A stretch of 64,000 nt of DNA from Lytechinus pictus (GCF_037042905.1 NC_087251.1:35280001-35344000), one strand, 5' to 3'; positions 46,698-60,916 are shown, counted from the stretch's first letter. Notes: a model not told the origin generated them from the letters alone. Numbers and translations: made by a program.

Positions 46698-49600
46698 TCA
46701 TTCAGCCACCCAGGTTTGAAATAACCCATGCCCCTTAGGTCAGGCATTAGTCCTTATTATCAAGTTCTTTAAAGGAACCTGATGCCATAGGTCCCCTGGT
46801 TGCTTAAATATTCATTTTCTCAGAAGCCAGGCATATATGATAACAACTATATTAGTAACTGCTTAAGTGCATCGTGTAAATGTTGCAGTATTGTGAGCTA
46901 TTCCCCAAAACATTCTAAAGTGAATAAAAACATGATCAAATAGCGCTTTTTAATACATGTAACTTAATACATTTACTCATTGCGATGAAATATAAAATTG
47001 AAACCAAAGAATCGAATTTTATACAATCTCACAACTTCGTCTGCTGCATCATTGATTCGACTCAGTAATTACTTTATCAAGGATTGTAAAAAAAATGATG
47101 GACTGCATTGAATTTATCTTCGTATGATTTGATTGGTGACAGAACTTAAAATTATTTATATATAGGAAAGGTTAAAAACACACCTAACACACCTTTTAAT
47201 AAAGGTAATTTTCCGTATCACGTCTGTTGTGTCATTATTCGTTCCAAGCCAATGCGACATAGAATGTATGTCTATACGTCCTGACGTTCTGCAAATGTTA
47301 TGGACATTTTGTAGACACATATTTTCAAGGCTTGCAACGTTTACTCACGTAATCACGTCACGACGCGCTTTGCTTACATTCGTAAAAAAACAACAACATT
47401 GTTTAAAGGGTGAGACTTTCGGATTTGCATGTTTTGTTGCACACATATGTTGCGATCTTTGTGCGGATGCATGTTGGTGTGTGACGTCATGATAAGTCTT
47501 ATAACAAGCGCTTGAAATTTTAAAAGCGTTGAAGAACTGTTGGGTAAAGTGCGTAAAGACTCATGTAACGTATGTGCAAAACTGACTTTTCGTGATTTTC
47601 CGGCGTGCAAAATCATAAAGTGTAGAACATACTTCGTATATTAGAGGATGTTTTTTTTTACTAAAGTACCCACAATTTTATAGCCCGCCTTGACGTGATT
47701 ACGTGAGTAGACGTTACAATATTGAAATATGGATTTTTTACAAGGTAGTTGAAAGGTTGTATTTATTATATAAAACGTTATATGTATAAAAGTCGTTACA
47801 TTTACGCTTATATCTATAGCATTATAGGATAACATGCGTGACGAATGTATATATAACTTACAAAAAAAAAATTGCGACACTATTTGACTTGTTTGTTCAT
47901 CTTGGTCGTTTATATTTTGGTGGTGGGGGGGGGGGTATGATTTCATATTTTACTTGAAACTGTTGAAGGTTTGCATTAACAGAAAAAAAAACTGCACTTC
48001 ATTTGCAATAGGATTACTCAACTTTTCTTCACTGAATTGTTCCTTTATCCTTATAGTGGTCACCAATCAACTGACCTACTCTCATGACTATTGAAAGTTG
48101 AAAACGTTTTTAAAAAAAAACACCCTTTTTTATACTGTTTTAGATTCAACGCTAGTCGCTAGTTGAATTGCGTGTGGGGAAGAGACCACATAACATACCT
48201 ACAACATAACATACAAAGAGTTGTAACTATGGACGGCCAGCAATGTCAACATCTACTATGCATGTTTGTTCAAAATATTTTATATAGCTATGGTGTATAT
48301 TCAAGCATTCAATGTTTTCTTGAAGATTTGCTGTGCTTCTCTTTGTTTATAAAAGACATTGTGCAAATTTCCTGTAGAAAAAAATTATGACACTGATGGA
48401 TTTCCATAACTCTTTGTAAGACGGGGCCCTGGTATACTGTGGGCGCTTTTCGTGTGGAGTCTTGTCCGTGATTTTCTCTGAATCACTTGTTCTCATCCAA
48501 TCAAATGTAAGGATTTGCAGTAGCTAATAACATCCGACGGTGAAAATCACTGGCAAAACTCTTCATGGAAAGCTTTCCAGAACCTTACAATCACTGAAGA
48601 CGTGGAGTATGTCGACTCCGACGGTAAGCGGTGCAATGGACCCCGACAGTAGGTCTAGACCGTGGATCCCACTGGTCTAGACTATGGCAAACAGTACGAC
48701 ATACAAGTCAAGTGCTACAGTCACTTCGACAAAACTGATTCCAATCGAACTATTTTGTGACTGACGTCGCATGATAGGCCTAAAACTCGGGTTTTCCAAT
48801 TATCTTGACTTTGCAAAATACACATACATGAAATTATAAAAGGAATTAATAAAAGGAAAATTATCATACAAAATTCATACCAATCAATGGAATTTTAAGA
48901 GATACGTGTATGTATTTGAACAACACTCATTTGATGAGCCACATCTCGGAGACTTGGAAAATGTGGCAGTACTTTTAATAAAGGGTTTTCAACGTTGTTG
49001 ACAGACAGTGATGTCTAATATACACAACATTTCAGACATCATCTCGAATGTTTGAAGCAAATCCTAAGCGTGATCATGATTATATGCCAATAATGTAGAT
49101 AAATTGGGGACGTCATCTTTTATTAAGTTATCTTGAACACACTCTGTTGTGCCAATAAGAATATCTGATGCAACAAAGAGGGTGTATTTGATGAGATATC
49201 AAAGAAGTAAGAAGTGTTGCCATCGTATTATAATCTTAGTACAATTGCTGGTGTTGATAGCGATTTAACGAGTCATGTCAAATCAATTTATTCCAAACAC
49301 ATCTTTTCCATTAACTCCCACTTGCCAGCATCGGTCTTTCATTGTTCTCCAATTTTCATTTACATTTATATATACATTTATTTCGTTATAACTACTTTTC
49401 CCTCTCAATGGAATGCGCTTTAGATTTTTATATATTACGATTTTTTTTTTTTGAAAAAGGCGCTATAGAATTGCTATGATTATCATTTATTGTATGAAGG
49501 ATAATTTCCATCTATCAAATGTGATTGAGCTATCTTCATCTACTCAGGTACATTCACCCCCCCCCCTTCCACTCCTCTCCCTCACCCCACCCCTTCCCAC

Positions 49601-50051
49601 CCCATCATGATAATTATTCAATTATGCAACCGGAAGCGTTATCTCTTTACTCTCTTTCTCCGAATCAAAATCTAAAAATACATCCATAGCAACCGCTGAG
49701 TTGGGTGGACGAAGGTGGTTGCCTTCTTTAATCCAGTACGGCCGATGCGTTAAGCAGTGATTACAATATTCATTATCTGGTAGCCCATCACCTCCGAAAT
49801 CGGAGAAGCAGATGCTAGATTAATTATCATCATGCTCCATTATTGTCGGTGCTTGGTGGTCATCGCTGCTTTCCAGACGTGACGTCATAGGAAATATAAT
49901 CTGTTCATGTTTTTGTTAATTTTTCGCTTGGTTATAACTGTTTAGGCCTTAATGCGAGAGTTTGTTCCCGTCAACCCTCCTCCTCTATCCCCGTATCACC
50001 CCCATGCTATCTCCTCACCCACTTTCATCCACCCATGCCCCTCTATTTCCC

Positions 50052-50740
50052 TCTCTTCTCTTCTCTTCTCTTCTCTTCTCTTCTCTTCTCTTCTCTTCTC
50101 TTCTCTTCTCTTCTCTTCTCTTCTCTTCTCTTCTCTTCTCTTCTCTTCTCTTCTCTTCTCTTCTCTTCTCTTCTCTTCTCTTCTCTCCTCTCCTCTCCTC
50201 TCCTCTCCTCTCCTCTCCTCTCCTCTCCTCTCCTCTCCTCTCCTCTCCTCTCCTCTCCTCTCCTCTCCTCTCCTCTCCTCTCCTCTCCTCTCCTCTCCTC
50301 TCCTCTCCTCTCCTCTCCTCTCCTCTCCTCTCCTCTCCTCTCCTCTCCTCTCCTCTCCTCTCCTCTCCTCTCCTCTCCTCTCCTCTCCTCTCCTCTCCTC
50401 TCCTCTCCCCGTCCTCTCTCCTCTCCCGTCCTCTCCCGTCCTCTCTCCTCTCCCGTCCTCTCTCCTCTCCCGTCCTCTCTCCTCTCCCGTCCTCTCTCCT
50501 CTCCCGTCCTCTCTCCTCTCCCGTCCTCTCTCCTCTCCCGTCCTCTCTCCTCTCCTCTCTCCTCTCTCCTCTCTCTCCTCTCTCCTCTCTCTCCTCTCTC
50601 CTCTCTCCTCTCTCTCCTCTCCTCTCCTCTCCTCTCCTCTCCTCTCCTCTCCTCTCCTCTCCTCTCTTCTCCTCTCCCGTCCTCTCCTCTCTTCTCTCCC
50701 GTCCTCTCCTCTCTTCTCTCCCGTCCTCTCTCCTCTCTGT
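50052..50740. repeat. Compound polypyrimidine microsatellite (TTCTC)n, then (TCCTC)n, then higher-order variants
   Basis: Directly visible. Confidence 0.97.
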
Positions 50741-53700
50741 CATTCTCTCTCCATCGCCGTTCTATATTTTACCCCCTCTTCCTTTTACAAGTGATCATCT
50801 CCATTATTTTTTTTCATTTATTTCGTCTTATGTCTCAGTTTCCTATTGTTATTTTCATCACTTTTTATGTTTAATCTTCAATCTCTCACCACTTGTTATA
50901 CTAGCTTTCGAAATTGAAACTCATCAACAAATACAAATTTTGACCACACCACTTTCATCATCAGATATTATTGGTATCGTATTCTTAAAATCCCGTTGTT
51001 GAATACTTGACCTTATTTTGTTCTTATGAAACCATAAAATCCCTTCATACATAAAAAAATCCAATGTCCGCCCTTGCATCATCAACACTGGTCGTCCCCC
51101 ATCCTCAAATCCAGCAATCTAATCACGGTTGAACAAATACACTAATTGTCAACAGTAATGATTTCCCTTGCCGATCAGCATCAAATATGTCACCATAGTA
51201 ACCAAGGTAGATGGTGTAAAATCCACGATGAGATGTAGATCAAACCAAGACAGAAATTCTTCTCTCGACCGTTATTGATTTTAACATGTAATTTGTCAGT
51301 AAATTGGACCATTGAAACGACATAAATTTGATTTTTCTCTGCAATTATTTTCAAAAAACCGTTATTCCATTCATGACCATAATTATAAAAGCAAAGACAT
51401 ATCTTACCCATGACTTTAAATTAGTCCGACAATTAGACGTAACTGATGAGAAATTATATTATTGATAATGGAAATATTTCACGATCGTCATTATCGACCT
51501 TGAATCCTCCATGGAGGCTGGGAGAAGTCTGGCCTTCTTGTCTCCATTTTCCAGCGATGTAAAAACTAGATTGTACCCAGTGGCGTAATGAGTAACAAAT
51601 TTTGAGGGGTACAACAAAGGTACATGTAGGTGGGGGAAATCTCTATAAAAAATCGTAAGAGAGCGAAAATTTTGGCCTGATTAAAAGGAAAAACTAATGT
51701 GATAGACTTTGTACATACTATTCAATAGGATGTCTTATTTCGCATGTTTTTGGAACATTTTGTTGATTTTTCTCCCTTTCTTTCTCTGTTTCTTGGTCTT
51801 GAAGCTTTTGGGGGCCAGAGACCCCAAGCCCTTTAATCTATACCCAGGGATGACACCCGTCTAACAGGAATATAGCGAGTGCACTAAAAAACTGTATTTT
51901 ATAAAAGAAATTGGGAAAAGGGGGAGTTATTTTTATATGGCTGGATTTACACTTGATTAGAGGATTAAAAGCACATAAAAAACACGTATGAATATTAATT
52001 TAAAAAAAAAAGGGAAAACAAATCTTTCCCAGGATGTTTTCCAAAACATGCGGCCAAGCGTATGGCAATATAATTTGATACCCCCCCCCCTTCTTATTCG
52101 AAAAAGCATGTACAATGTGATTTTCAAGACGCTTATTCTGCCTTTAAAAGGTAAGCATAAACGCCGTCTGTTTCTTGTAATGTTCAATGTCGCATTCCGT
52201 TCCATCTTCTCTGTACGTCCTTTTCCCCTTTTAATCTATGTATCCCTTGCACATTTTCTTCCACCCCTTTATTTTCGATAAATCCATTGATTTTTTATAA
52301 GCTTGGACACTTAACCGTATATTTCATCAATACGAATTATCCAGCTCGCTTAAATATTATGGCCAATGATTTGAAAATAAGGCGAAATCACACTTTGTTA
52401 ATAATAGCAAACGTATCTCGTCTTGCATAATTAAACAAAAGGACATGTATACTGTGCCACCGCAATTCTGGCGGAATTGCATATTATCATTATTGGTGTT
52501 TTAAAACAAAGTATACATGTCAGACCATAATTTCTTCTCAACTGCATCAAGCATGAAATGACGTACTGCTGTTACCATGGCAACGGGATATTTTCAGGTG
52601 ATGATATGATGAATGGATCATATCACAAAGTAATCTTCTTCTACCAGTACTGCGTAGATAAAGCACAGAAAAGCAATATGCCCTTGGTCAACCAAACCCC
52701 AGGTGGTGGAACTTATTCCGAAGAACGGAAACACTTTTGGATACATGATTGAGGATGTATTTACCAAGTGTCACATAATATACAAAAATGGCGCCGGGGG
52801 ATCACTCTGTTCAAAGTAAAGGTTTACATAAAATATTCACAGAGCAATCACTTTATATAAACGATTGCTCTTTACTAAACCGAACGTGAATTTGATTAGA
52901 TTTACTTTATAAACATCATTTTACCGAGGGGAAAATTGAAGAGAATATCAATGAAACTTTACTTTTTGGAACTTGATTTTTATTAGATTCTGAAATATAC
53001 GCGACACAAAGTTAGAATTCAATAAAAATAAAATGATTACCAACCTTCTTAACTGAGGTGACAAGAGCTGGAATAGGGGTGGTAAGTGTTTGAATCTAGT
53101 CTTACTATACGATACACTTCTTATAATTGTTGACTGAGGTATTTTAACACACTGAGAGTGGGTGATATTGTTTTTATGCTTTATTTTATCATTATATGAC
53201 CTACGATAAAAAAACTATTAATACAATGAAACCGAACGACGTCTTTCATTCAATTTATATCTTCCATTTCTACTATAAATAAACTTCTTTTATATTTTGA
53301 AATGATAATGATTAGGATGACAGATATATGCATCTGCCCATATTTTTTAGATAAACATTTAATTTATTTACGAAAGTTTTATCGTGTTCCTCTTGTGATG
53401 TTTACAATAATGAAAGTAACTACATTAATCGAAATATACTTGTTTATCAATATCAATTATATGTATCATATAACCCTGCATATTGCCAGTGAAGAGGAGT
53501 TTCTCCCATTATTGCTGGCAAAGGACTTGGGTAAATTGTACCTTCTCTATTATATTATGAAATAAAGATGATTTGATATATATATAATGTTGATGATGGT
53601 GATGATGATGTTGATGATGATAAAATTTTAAAAGTTGTAATACTGATGCTGCTGCTGCTACTACTACTACTACTACTATTGCTTATACTTCTGCTACTAA

Positions 53701-54446
53701 TACTGCTACTATGAGTGATGATGATGATGATAATGATGATAATAATATCATTAATCATCTTCATAACCAATTGTTGGTAATGATAGTAGTTACGACTACA
53801 AGATAACGAAAGTCGATGTCACTTACTTAATTACCTACTTAGTGCATGATCGATAATACAACAGCTTATTTTCAACATGAAGTAGAGTCAAAATAAGGAA
53901 CTTGCGATTTCTTAAGATTCCTCCTTATTTGGTACATTAATACATCAGATGATACAACATGCAATGAAGATCTTTTATATCGTCGCCAAGGAACAAAATA
54001 TAATATATACGTTGATGAGTTACTCCTATTTAAAAATAGATACAATAAACTTAGTTAAGTGGGTACAAAAATCAGGTAAATAAAATTTCCTTAAAACATT
54101 TTTTTTTCATAATTTTAAAATTATGCAAGGTTGAAGTATTGTCTTTTGTCTTGTAAATCAATGTTGCCTTTCGATGACATAAACATTTTGATTTTTTCTA
54201 AGGATAAACACAGGCCGACTTATATATTTCACCTTATGTCCATACTTTCTCGACTACAGTTGCTTTATTATTCAAAGCTTTGAATCTAAGAAGTAGTTTT
54301 CTGATTTTCCACTTCTTTATTTACACTTTGTGTTATTCAATTGAACTTCATCATGATTGTACAAACTTATCTCTCTAATTCCTGTTATAAGCCTGTAGAA
54401 AATCCATCTTAATTTCAGATTCCAACTAATTTATACATTATTAGAT

Positions 54447-54542
54447 CAGGACCCTGGCCACAGAGGATTATTGTATTGTTGCGGGGGGTGCTGAGCATTG
54501 CCACAGCACCCCCAGTAACAATCCTCCGTGGCCAGGTCCACG
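54447..54542. mobile_element. 96-bp hairpin MITE upstream of the convertase
   Basis: ggaccctggccacagaggatt ... aatcctccgtggccaggtcc; perfect 8-bp TSD tattagat. Confidence 0.75.
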
Positions 54543-55169
54543 TATTAGATATGAATGTAGTTTAGATGTTTAATGCCGTTTTATTGTACTTTGAATGTGT
54601 TCACATGATACTCAATTTGATTTGAGAAAAAAATTAAACTGAAACTAAACTTTATAGATAAGGGAAATATACAATTCGAATGATTTTATTTCAATCAAAT
54701 TATTTCCAGTGAGAGAGGGAAATATGTGATCATCATGATTCATGATAACACTACATCATTGCTAACCAGACGTTATGCTGGAAGGAGCCTTACACTTACG
54801 ACATGCATCTTTATCGGCATCCCTTCATCGATCAGCAAAGTCAACAGTCAAATTCCTGTCTAAATATCCTACCATATGGTGCATGGTTTTGGAAACACTC
54901 AGAAGAAATCATTAAAGAAAATTTAATCATTATAAATTAACATTAAAAAATGGTGTATATTTGTATTAACAAGACTCTGAAGTGTAAATTTAGTTTAAAT
55001 GTCGTTTTCCTAGCTTCCGGTGAAATAGAACGATGCTAACTGTTAGTGCATCTCGATACAGGATTCCTCGTTCATCATACGTTTCAGATGGTTTCCTCGC
55101 ACGGTTCAGAAATCGCGCGAATCATGCACCTAAATATGCCAAACCAAAGAGTATTGCAGTGTGGGACAG

Positions 55170-55225
55170 CGAGCAAAATGGCGTACTCTTGACGTCGCTA
55201 TGCTTTCCAACCAATCAGCGCGCAC
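55170..55225 (+). promoter_or_regulatory. Candidate proximal promoter of the convertase gene
   Basis: CpG-enriched patch with AAAATGGCG (YY1-like, 55175-55183), TGACGTCG (CRE-like, 55190-55197) and AACCAATCAG (CCAAT/NF-Y, 55209-55218), about 420 bp before the ATG. Confidence 0.5.
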
Positions 55226-55343
55226 TAGAAGATAGCATCTCATTAACTCCGTAGATGATCCTCATGTATTGATCGCCGCTAGGGTGTGTGTGTGTGTTGT
55301 GTGTGAATGGCGGGTGGGATGCGTAGTTAAGGTATCTTCAACA

Positions 55344-55413
55344 ACCTGTGTGAAGGCGAAGTGTGTATGTCCATCTCCACCTGTGTGAAGGCGAAGTGTG
55401 TATGTCCATCTCC
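55344..55413. repeat. Perfect 35-bp tandem duplication in the putative convertase 5' leader
   Basis: acctgtgtgaaggcgaagtgtgtatgtccatctcc x2. Confidence 0.95.
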
Positions 55414-55633
55414 CTTCTCCTCAGCGCAGGCAAATGGAATTGAGTCAAACGCCATCAGTAAGAGTTAAAGAAGCCTGGTCCGCATACCTTGCGGATAACA
55501 ATTACTTTATATCTTAAGAAGAAAGTAAATAAATTTGTTTTTTACATTTGATAAGGAAACTAGGAAAAGAACTGAAGATTAACTTTTCGGGTTTTGACGA
55601 CATTCGGGTGTTTCTTTTTTGGACGGTGGACGG

Positions 55634-55816
55634 ATGATGATTGGAGATATGTCATGGAGAGAAGGGCTATGCTTTGGTGCCTTTTTAATGGTAGCAGTGG
55701 TGGTTTGCGTGGCGGGCAGTGATAAGCATTACACCAATAGCTTCGTGGTAGAAGTTCAAGATGGCGACAACCCTCATTCTCTTGCCAAGAGACACAATCT
55801 TGATTATCTGGGACAG
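55634..55816 (+). CDS. PCSK: First coding exon (signal peptide plus start of S8 pro-domain) of a subtilisin-like proprotein convertase (furin/PC1/PC5 type); gene continues past the window
   Basis: (MMIGD)MSWREGLCFGAFLMVAVVVCVAG-SDKHYTNSFVVEVQDGDNPHSLAKRHNLDYLGQ then gtaaga. Hydrophobic signal peptide, YTNx(W/F)xVE...A..H....LGQ pro-domain pattern, and a phase-0 intron after LGQ as in furin/PCSK genes. Start may be 55634, 55637 or 55649. Confidence 0.8.
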
Positions 55817-57428
55817 GTAAGATGTTTGCCAACAGAATGGTCACAATTCTCGTGTAATTTTTTTATTCACTTCCTTATAACACGCCTTTGTTGATTCAAA
55901 CAGAGTAATGGACTATGCGCTGGAATCAATTAGCTGTGTAACCATTGCTAACATGAAGGCTTATAATGTAGCAGCTTGAAACGAAAATCACTGTTATATG
56001 GCCATAGTTTACAAAAGAGTGTAAGTCGTGGTATTTTGCAACATTCAAGGTATGATCTGAACGTCAGTGACGTTAATTGTATGCACGTCACATTTTTTTT
56101 TAAATAATACCGGTTAATTTAAAGACAAATATTGCATAGGGAGAGACATATACATGTATATTACGAGTCTTGCAAGGATCGACATCACAGTATTTTAAGA
56201 CAAATATAACTTATGTTGTCCAGGCATAAATTAATTAAACACGTGTGAATACACGTTTGACGGTTATGCCTTGGGCGTGTTAGAAGTGATCTAAAGTGTG
56301 TATAATTATTATTATGGAAGCCCTCAATTAAGTGTATTATTAAATTCCTTTCTTCCATGGCACACTCAGGCTTATTACTACAAACCCATTCTCGTTATTG
56401 CAATTTTAATCTCACCTACTTCTCAAAACCGAGCCTGCACCTGCACGTCATAATATTCCAAGAACTGATAAAGTCTGAAATCTATACTTTTCAATATTCA
56501 CCATTATTTGTTGTTTGCTGAGTGGAATTGTAGGCAGCAAAAATGGCAAAATGGGTTGTTTCTTTCTCCTCTGAAGAATATATAAAATAGTGTAAGGACA
56601 TTAGGGAAGAGAATAGTTGTTCTTTGTTCGCTACTTTGATCATTTAGAATTTGATGGTGTATTCTGTTAGAATACAATTATCTTCTGCGTACACCTAATC
56701 TTGTCTATATCGTTACGGAGGTAACATGATTATATTGATTCATTTCGCCTCCCGTAGACATAGGGGAAACCATACAGAGTTACATGATATAATTCAAGCT
56801 CTAGAAAAGCACGCCGTTGGGCAGCAAAATTGAATACGCAAACATTTCACCGGTATTTCCATAACTTTAGATGCCTTTGAAAAAAATTGTATGAAGTACC
56901 ATACTTTACCCACCCTAATAGGTCACAGAGGGAATTGCGTGTTGGGGTTATGACATTTGTTTGGGGGAGCGCGCGCAAACGAGGGCGCGTGTGCTGGTGT
57001 GTTTGTGTGTATAATTATGAAATAGATTGAGTAGCATTCGAGTAAATGATACACTGCGTAAAACAAAATATTCATAGCAATATAGTATCATGTATGTTGA
57101 TGTATATTATAATCTTACCAAGTTTTTCACCCTGTTATTACAATTTAATAAATCCAATAATGGTCTTTTCTTCATATTTCCCAATTGCAGAAAATTTCAA
57201 TGAACTCATATAATGCCTTTCGTGTTATTCAAATTTCTTTTATGAATTATTATGTAAGATGTATTATGTTTATTGTCATGTTCCAAATGTAGATTGCATT
57301 GTTCATGTTAAATTTATATAATTGGTTGTCTTTATTATTTCCACGGCATATAAACAAGAAGAATGTCCAATTATGGACAATAAATAAATGGTTATATATA
57401 CTTATATACCTACATTATAATATAGTCA

Positions 57429-57540
57429 TTATTAACACACACCCACATGTATTCACCCACCACTAATTAATTGCTGGAGAACTTATTAACACACACCCAC
57501 ATGTATTCACCCACCACTAAGTAATTGTTGGAGAACTTAT
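57429..57540. repeat. 54-bp tandem duplication
   Basis: ttattaacacacacccacatgtattcacccaccactaa...ggagaac x2, 2 mismatches. Confidence 0.9.
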
Positions 57541-58616
57541 AAAGTACCTTCAATGAATTTGTTGGAAAGCCATATAAAATGGGGTTGTGGGATGATCCAA
57601 CAAAAATTGAGCGGGCACAACACATCACATGTGGCAAAGGTCGCGAGCAATAAAAAAAATGTTTTTTTTATAAAAGATATATATTTTAAATAAAAGATAT
57701 ATGAATTTGTGATAGATTTAAATTTGTCATAACATTTAAGAAAATAATTCAGTCATATGAGCAATTACACTTAACTACTATTTATTTTCTTCTTTGTTGT
57801 ATTCTTTTTGAAGCAGGGGGGATGTCCTCAAGCCCCCTATCTTTACACAAGTGAATGACAAATAATTATCATTGGTCTCCCTTCCTCTAACACAGATCTT
57901 ATGCATTATTTTGATTGAAACCGTACAAGCATTTGAAATGGTTTCGTCTCCTAGTCACTAAAAGCCAAGTCACTCGGAATCAGGCAGAATCGGCCGGAAT
58001 GAAATGACTGTTGTACGGCCAGCAACTGGTCAAGCCTTTACCCCACTATCAGTTCTTTTAATGCATTCAATATGATTCAAATAATGTACTGCTGGTATGT
58101 TGTAAGAATACTGCGAATGCATGAAGAATATAGTAAGAATCTACTTCACACACCGTTCGACGTGTTCGATATTCTTTCCACTTCAAATGCACCTCGGAAC
58201 TTTTGAACATGACCAAACATTCTGGACGGCCACAAGAATTGGCTCTGATATTTCGAATGCAGGCAGAATGGTTAGAATGTCCCCCGAACATCAAAGATTC
58301 AAGAGCTTTTAAGCACAAATTTCAATCTGACACCATTGTCGCTCATTTTGCCTCTAATGTGACTAGTGATTAATCACCTGGTCAGTTTACCGTATTTGAA
58401 CTCCAGTTTGGTAAATTCCACCCTCTCCTAATATTTTTCCTGATTTATTTTCTTAATCCCAGCTGATTCTGTTTGATTTCTACCGATTCCAAATAAGTGT
58501 GACTGGTCTTAAGTATCATCATCATTGGAGACATCATTAGAGCATACTTGTTCTCATTTTCTGAAAACAATTAGTTGGCTATCATGAGCGCATAAATATG
58601 TGTGGGTGTGTGTATG

Positions 58617-58651
<35 letters not shown>

Positions 58652-60916
58652 TATGTATATACTTTTTGTTACCCTTTATTAATTTTGTTGTTATTACGAT
58701 TTTATTTGTGTGGTTTTGTTCTGTTTTTTTTTCAATACATATAGGCCTGATGAAGGCCGTACACTTATAAAATGTTTTCCTTTCACAGTTACTCTATGTT
58801 TATAAGAAGCCATTTACTTTCGTTGAAAAGCGGTTTCTTGATCAGGCTCCATAAATTTTGTTTGCTTTCGAAAATAAATCAGTTGCCCGAGTAGGACAGG
58901 AGAGGCATTATGATAATATTCAAATAAAATAAAATGCATTTTTGTTAAATAACATTTTGTGTAGACGAAGAGATTGCGTAGCAAAACTAATATTCACTTT
59001 AAAACGTAACAAGTTTTTCAATTTCACTCAAAAACACTTTTTTGTTCGCTGCAATAATCATCAAATATTTGTGAAATATACATTGTCATCTTGAGGTCTA
59101 CGTCTCATCTCTATGTACTGCTGGAATTCCTATTGTTGAGCATAATTTCATATCCAATCAAATATTTATGTATCGTTTCTTATTTGGTCTTATTGTTACT
59201 CCGGTATAATCTAAGAGGTAAGCCTTGTTGGTTTACAAATTAATTCATTATCTATACGTTTAAACGACGAAACTGCTCAGTTCCAACAACAAAAATCTGG
59301 TAGATTCTAAGCAATAAATTGATTAATTTTCATCATTTTGTCGGTCGGGCACATATTCCCCAACAAATTGGTTATTTTGGTCAATTCATTTTAAGAGTGT
59401 GGGATGAGCTGAATTCAGTTCATATTGTGATAATGTCCTTTGATTAATCAAAAATCAAGCTAGTTTGAAATTAATTGATAGTCGAATTACAACGGGTAAT
59501 AAAATAGTCAGCGAATGTCAGCATTAGTTCGACTCTGCCAAACATGACCAGATAGACCAATATGTATGTTTGTTTTATAGCGTCAGCTGCTTCGTTGCCT
59601 GGATCATATAACATTTCAGAAACACAAGTTTCCAATACCGGTCAACTCGGGCAAATATATTGATCGTATTTTAGCTGGTATGTTTATTTTACATGTCTGT
59701 GTATTATGTTGAGGGAGTTTATCACCTGTGTAATAATATTTAAGTGTTATGCCCTGTTTTAATTTTCATTATTCATCTATAATTATTAACTTGACGTAAA
59801 ATAACGCTAAGTCTCCTTTGACTCTGCGATTTCGAGTGATTGAGCTATAAATTATTTCACAACATAATTATAGATCACGCATGGAGTTAAAAGACAGATG
59901 TGACTCTCGCTTGATGAAAATGAAGGAAACGTTAACAACCAGTTTAATTGTACGAGAACAATAACATAGAACCAAATAAATTAGTAACTTTTTGCATTTT
60001 GGAATATTATTTCCTTGAAAAAATTATAAATGTTCCCAAGAGAAAATCTGCCCAAGCCATGCTTAAAATTGAATGAATATATCCACGCCAATTCAATGCC
60101 ATAAATCACATGTCTAACACCTAACCCTAACTCCAACCTTACGTGTTAGAAAACGTAAGATAGCAATACAATATTTGTTGTCGCAGGGGGCAGTGTGGGC
60201 TTTTAACTTTCTTAAATGACCCATTCTTTAACACATAAATATGACCGAATAAAAATGTGTAAGCTCAGAAAATAATAGGTTTGACATTGCCTTAAAAAAC
60301 ACATTATTTCCTTAATATCCCATTCATAAACATATCCCGTTAAGTTTATATATCATACGACAATAATTATTAACGCACAAAATTTTCACATGATTTTGAA
60401 AGAAAATCTTCCTCAGAATTGTATGAAACATACAATATTATTTTTTCTCATTCATTTCATAGGTGCTCACTCATAATACCGAATAGGTCACGGTTTCAAT
60501 GGACTGAACCTCAGTGACACTCAAGTAAAATTGGAATCACTTCACCCATATTTGTTAACAGACCAGAGTTATTTTTAAAATCGGAGATTATTATCTGCGT
60601 TGAATCCATTAATATCGCTAACCAGAAGTAGTGTGCTTTGGAGAATGGTTGAAGTATGTGTCACTTGTATCGTTCAAATTCAACGAACATAACTTGATTT
60701 GCAGCCATTACTGTTTTGTAAATGACATTGTCTTCAATATTAATACTGCATGAATATTATATACCCCAATCATCCCAAGATCACAATCCTCTATCTTGAT
60801 ATGTTAACCATATGTGGACATAGGTTTACTTGCTGTCTCTTGATGAGATAACTTCGTTCTGAAGTCCACCCTCCAATTTCGTTGTGAGTCCTTTTATCGC
60901 ATCTCTTAGCAATTCC

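Noticed and set aside
47200..47880. CpG-rich block with acgt-type repeats, possible DNA transposon
   Set aside because: Termini and TSD could not be defined, so not listed as a feature
49952..51002. Long ORFs of 242-346 aa (SSLLF/SSPLL, ERRG repeats)
   Set aside because: Stop-free translations of the pentanucleotide microsatellite
58745..58775. ctgatga-aggcc possible hammerhead core
   Set aside because: No closing stem II or GAAA downstream
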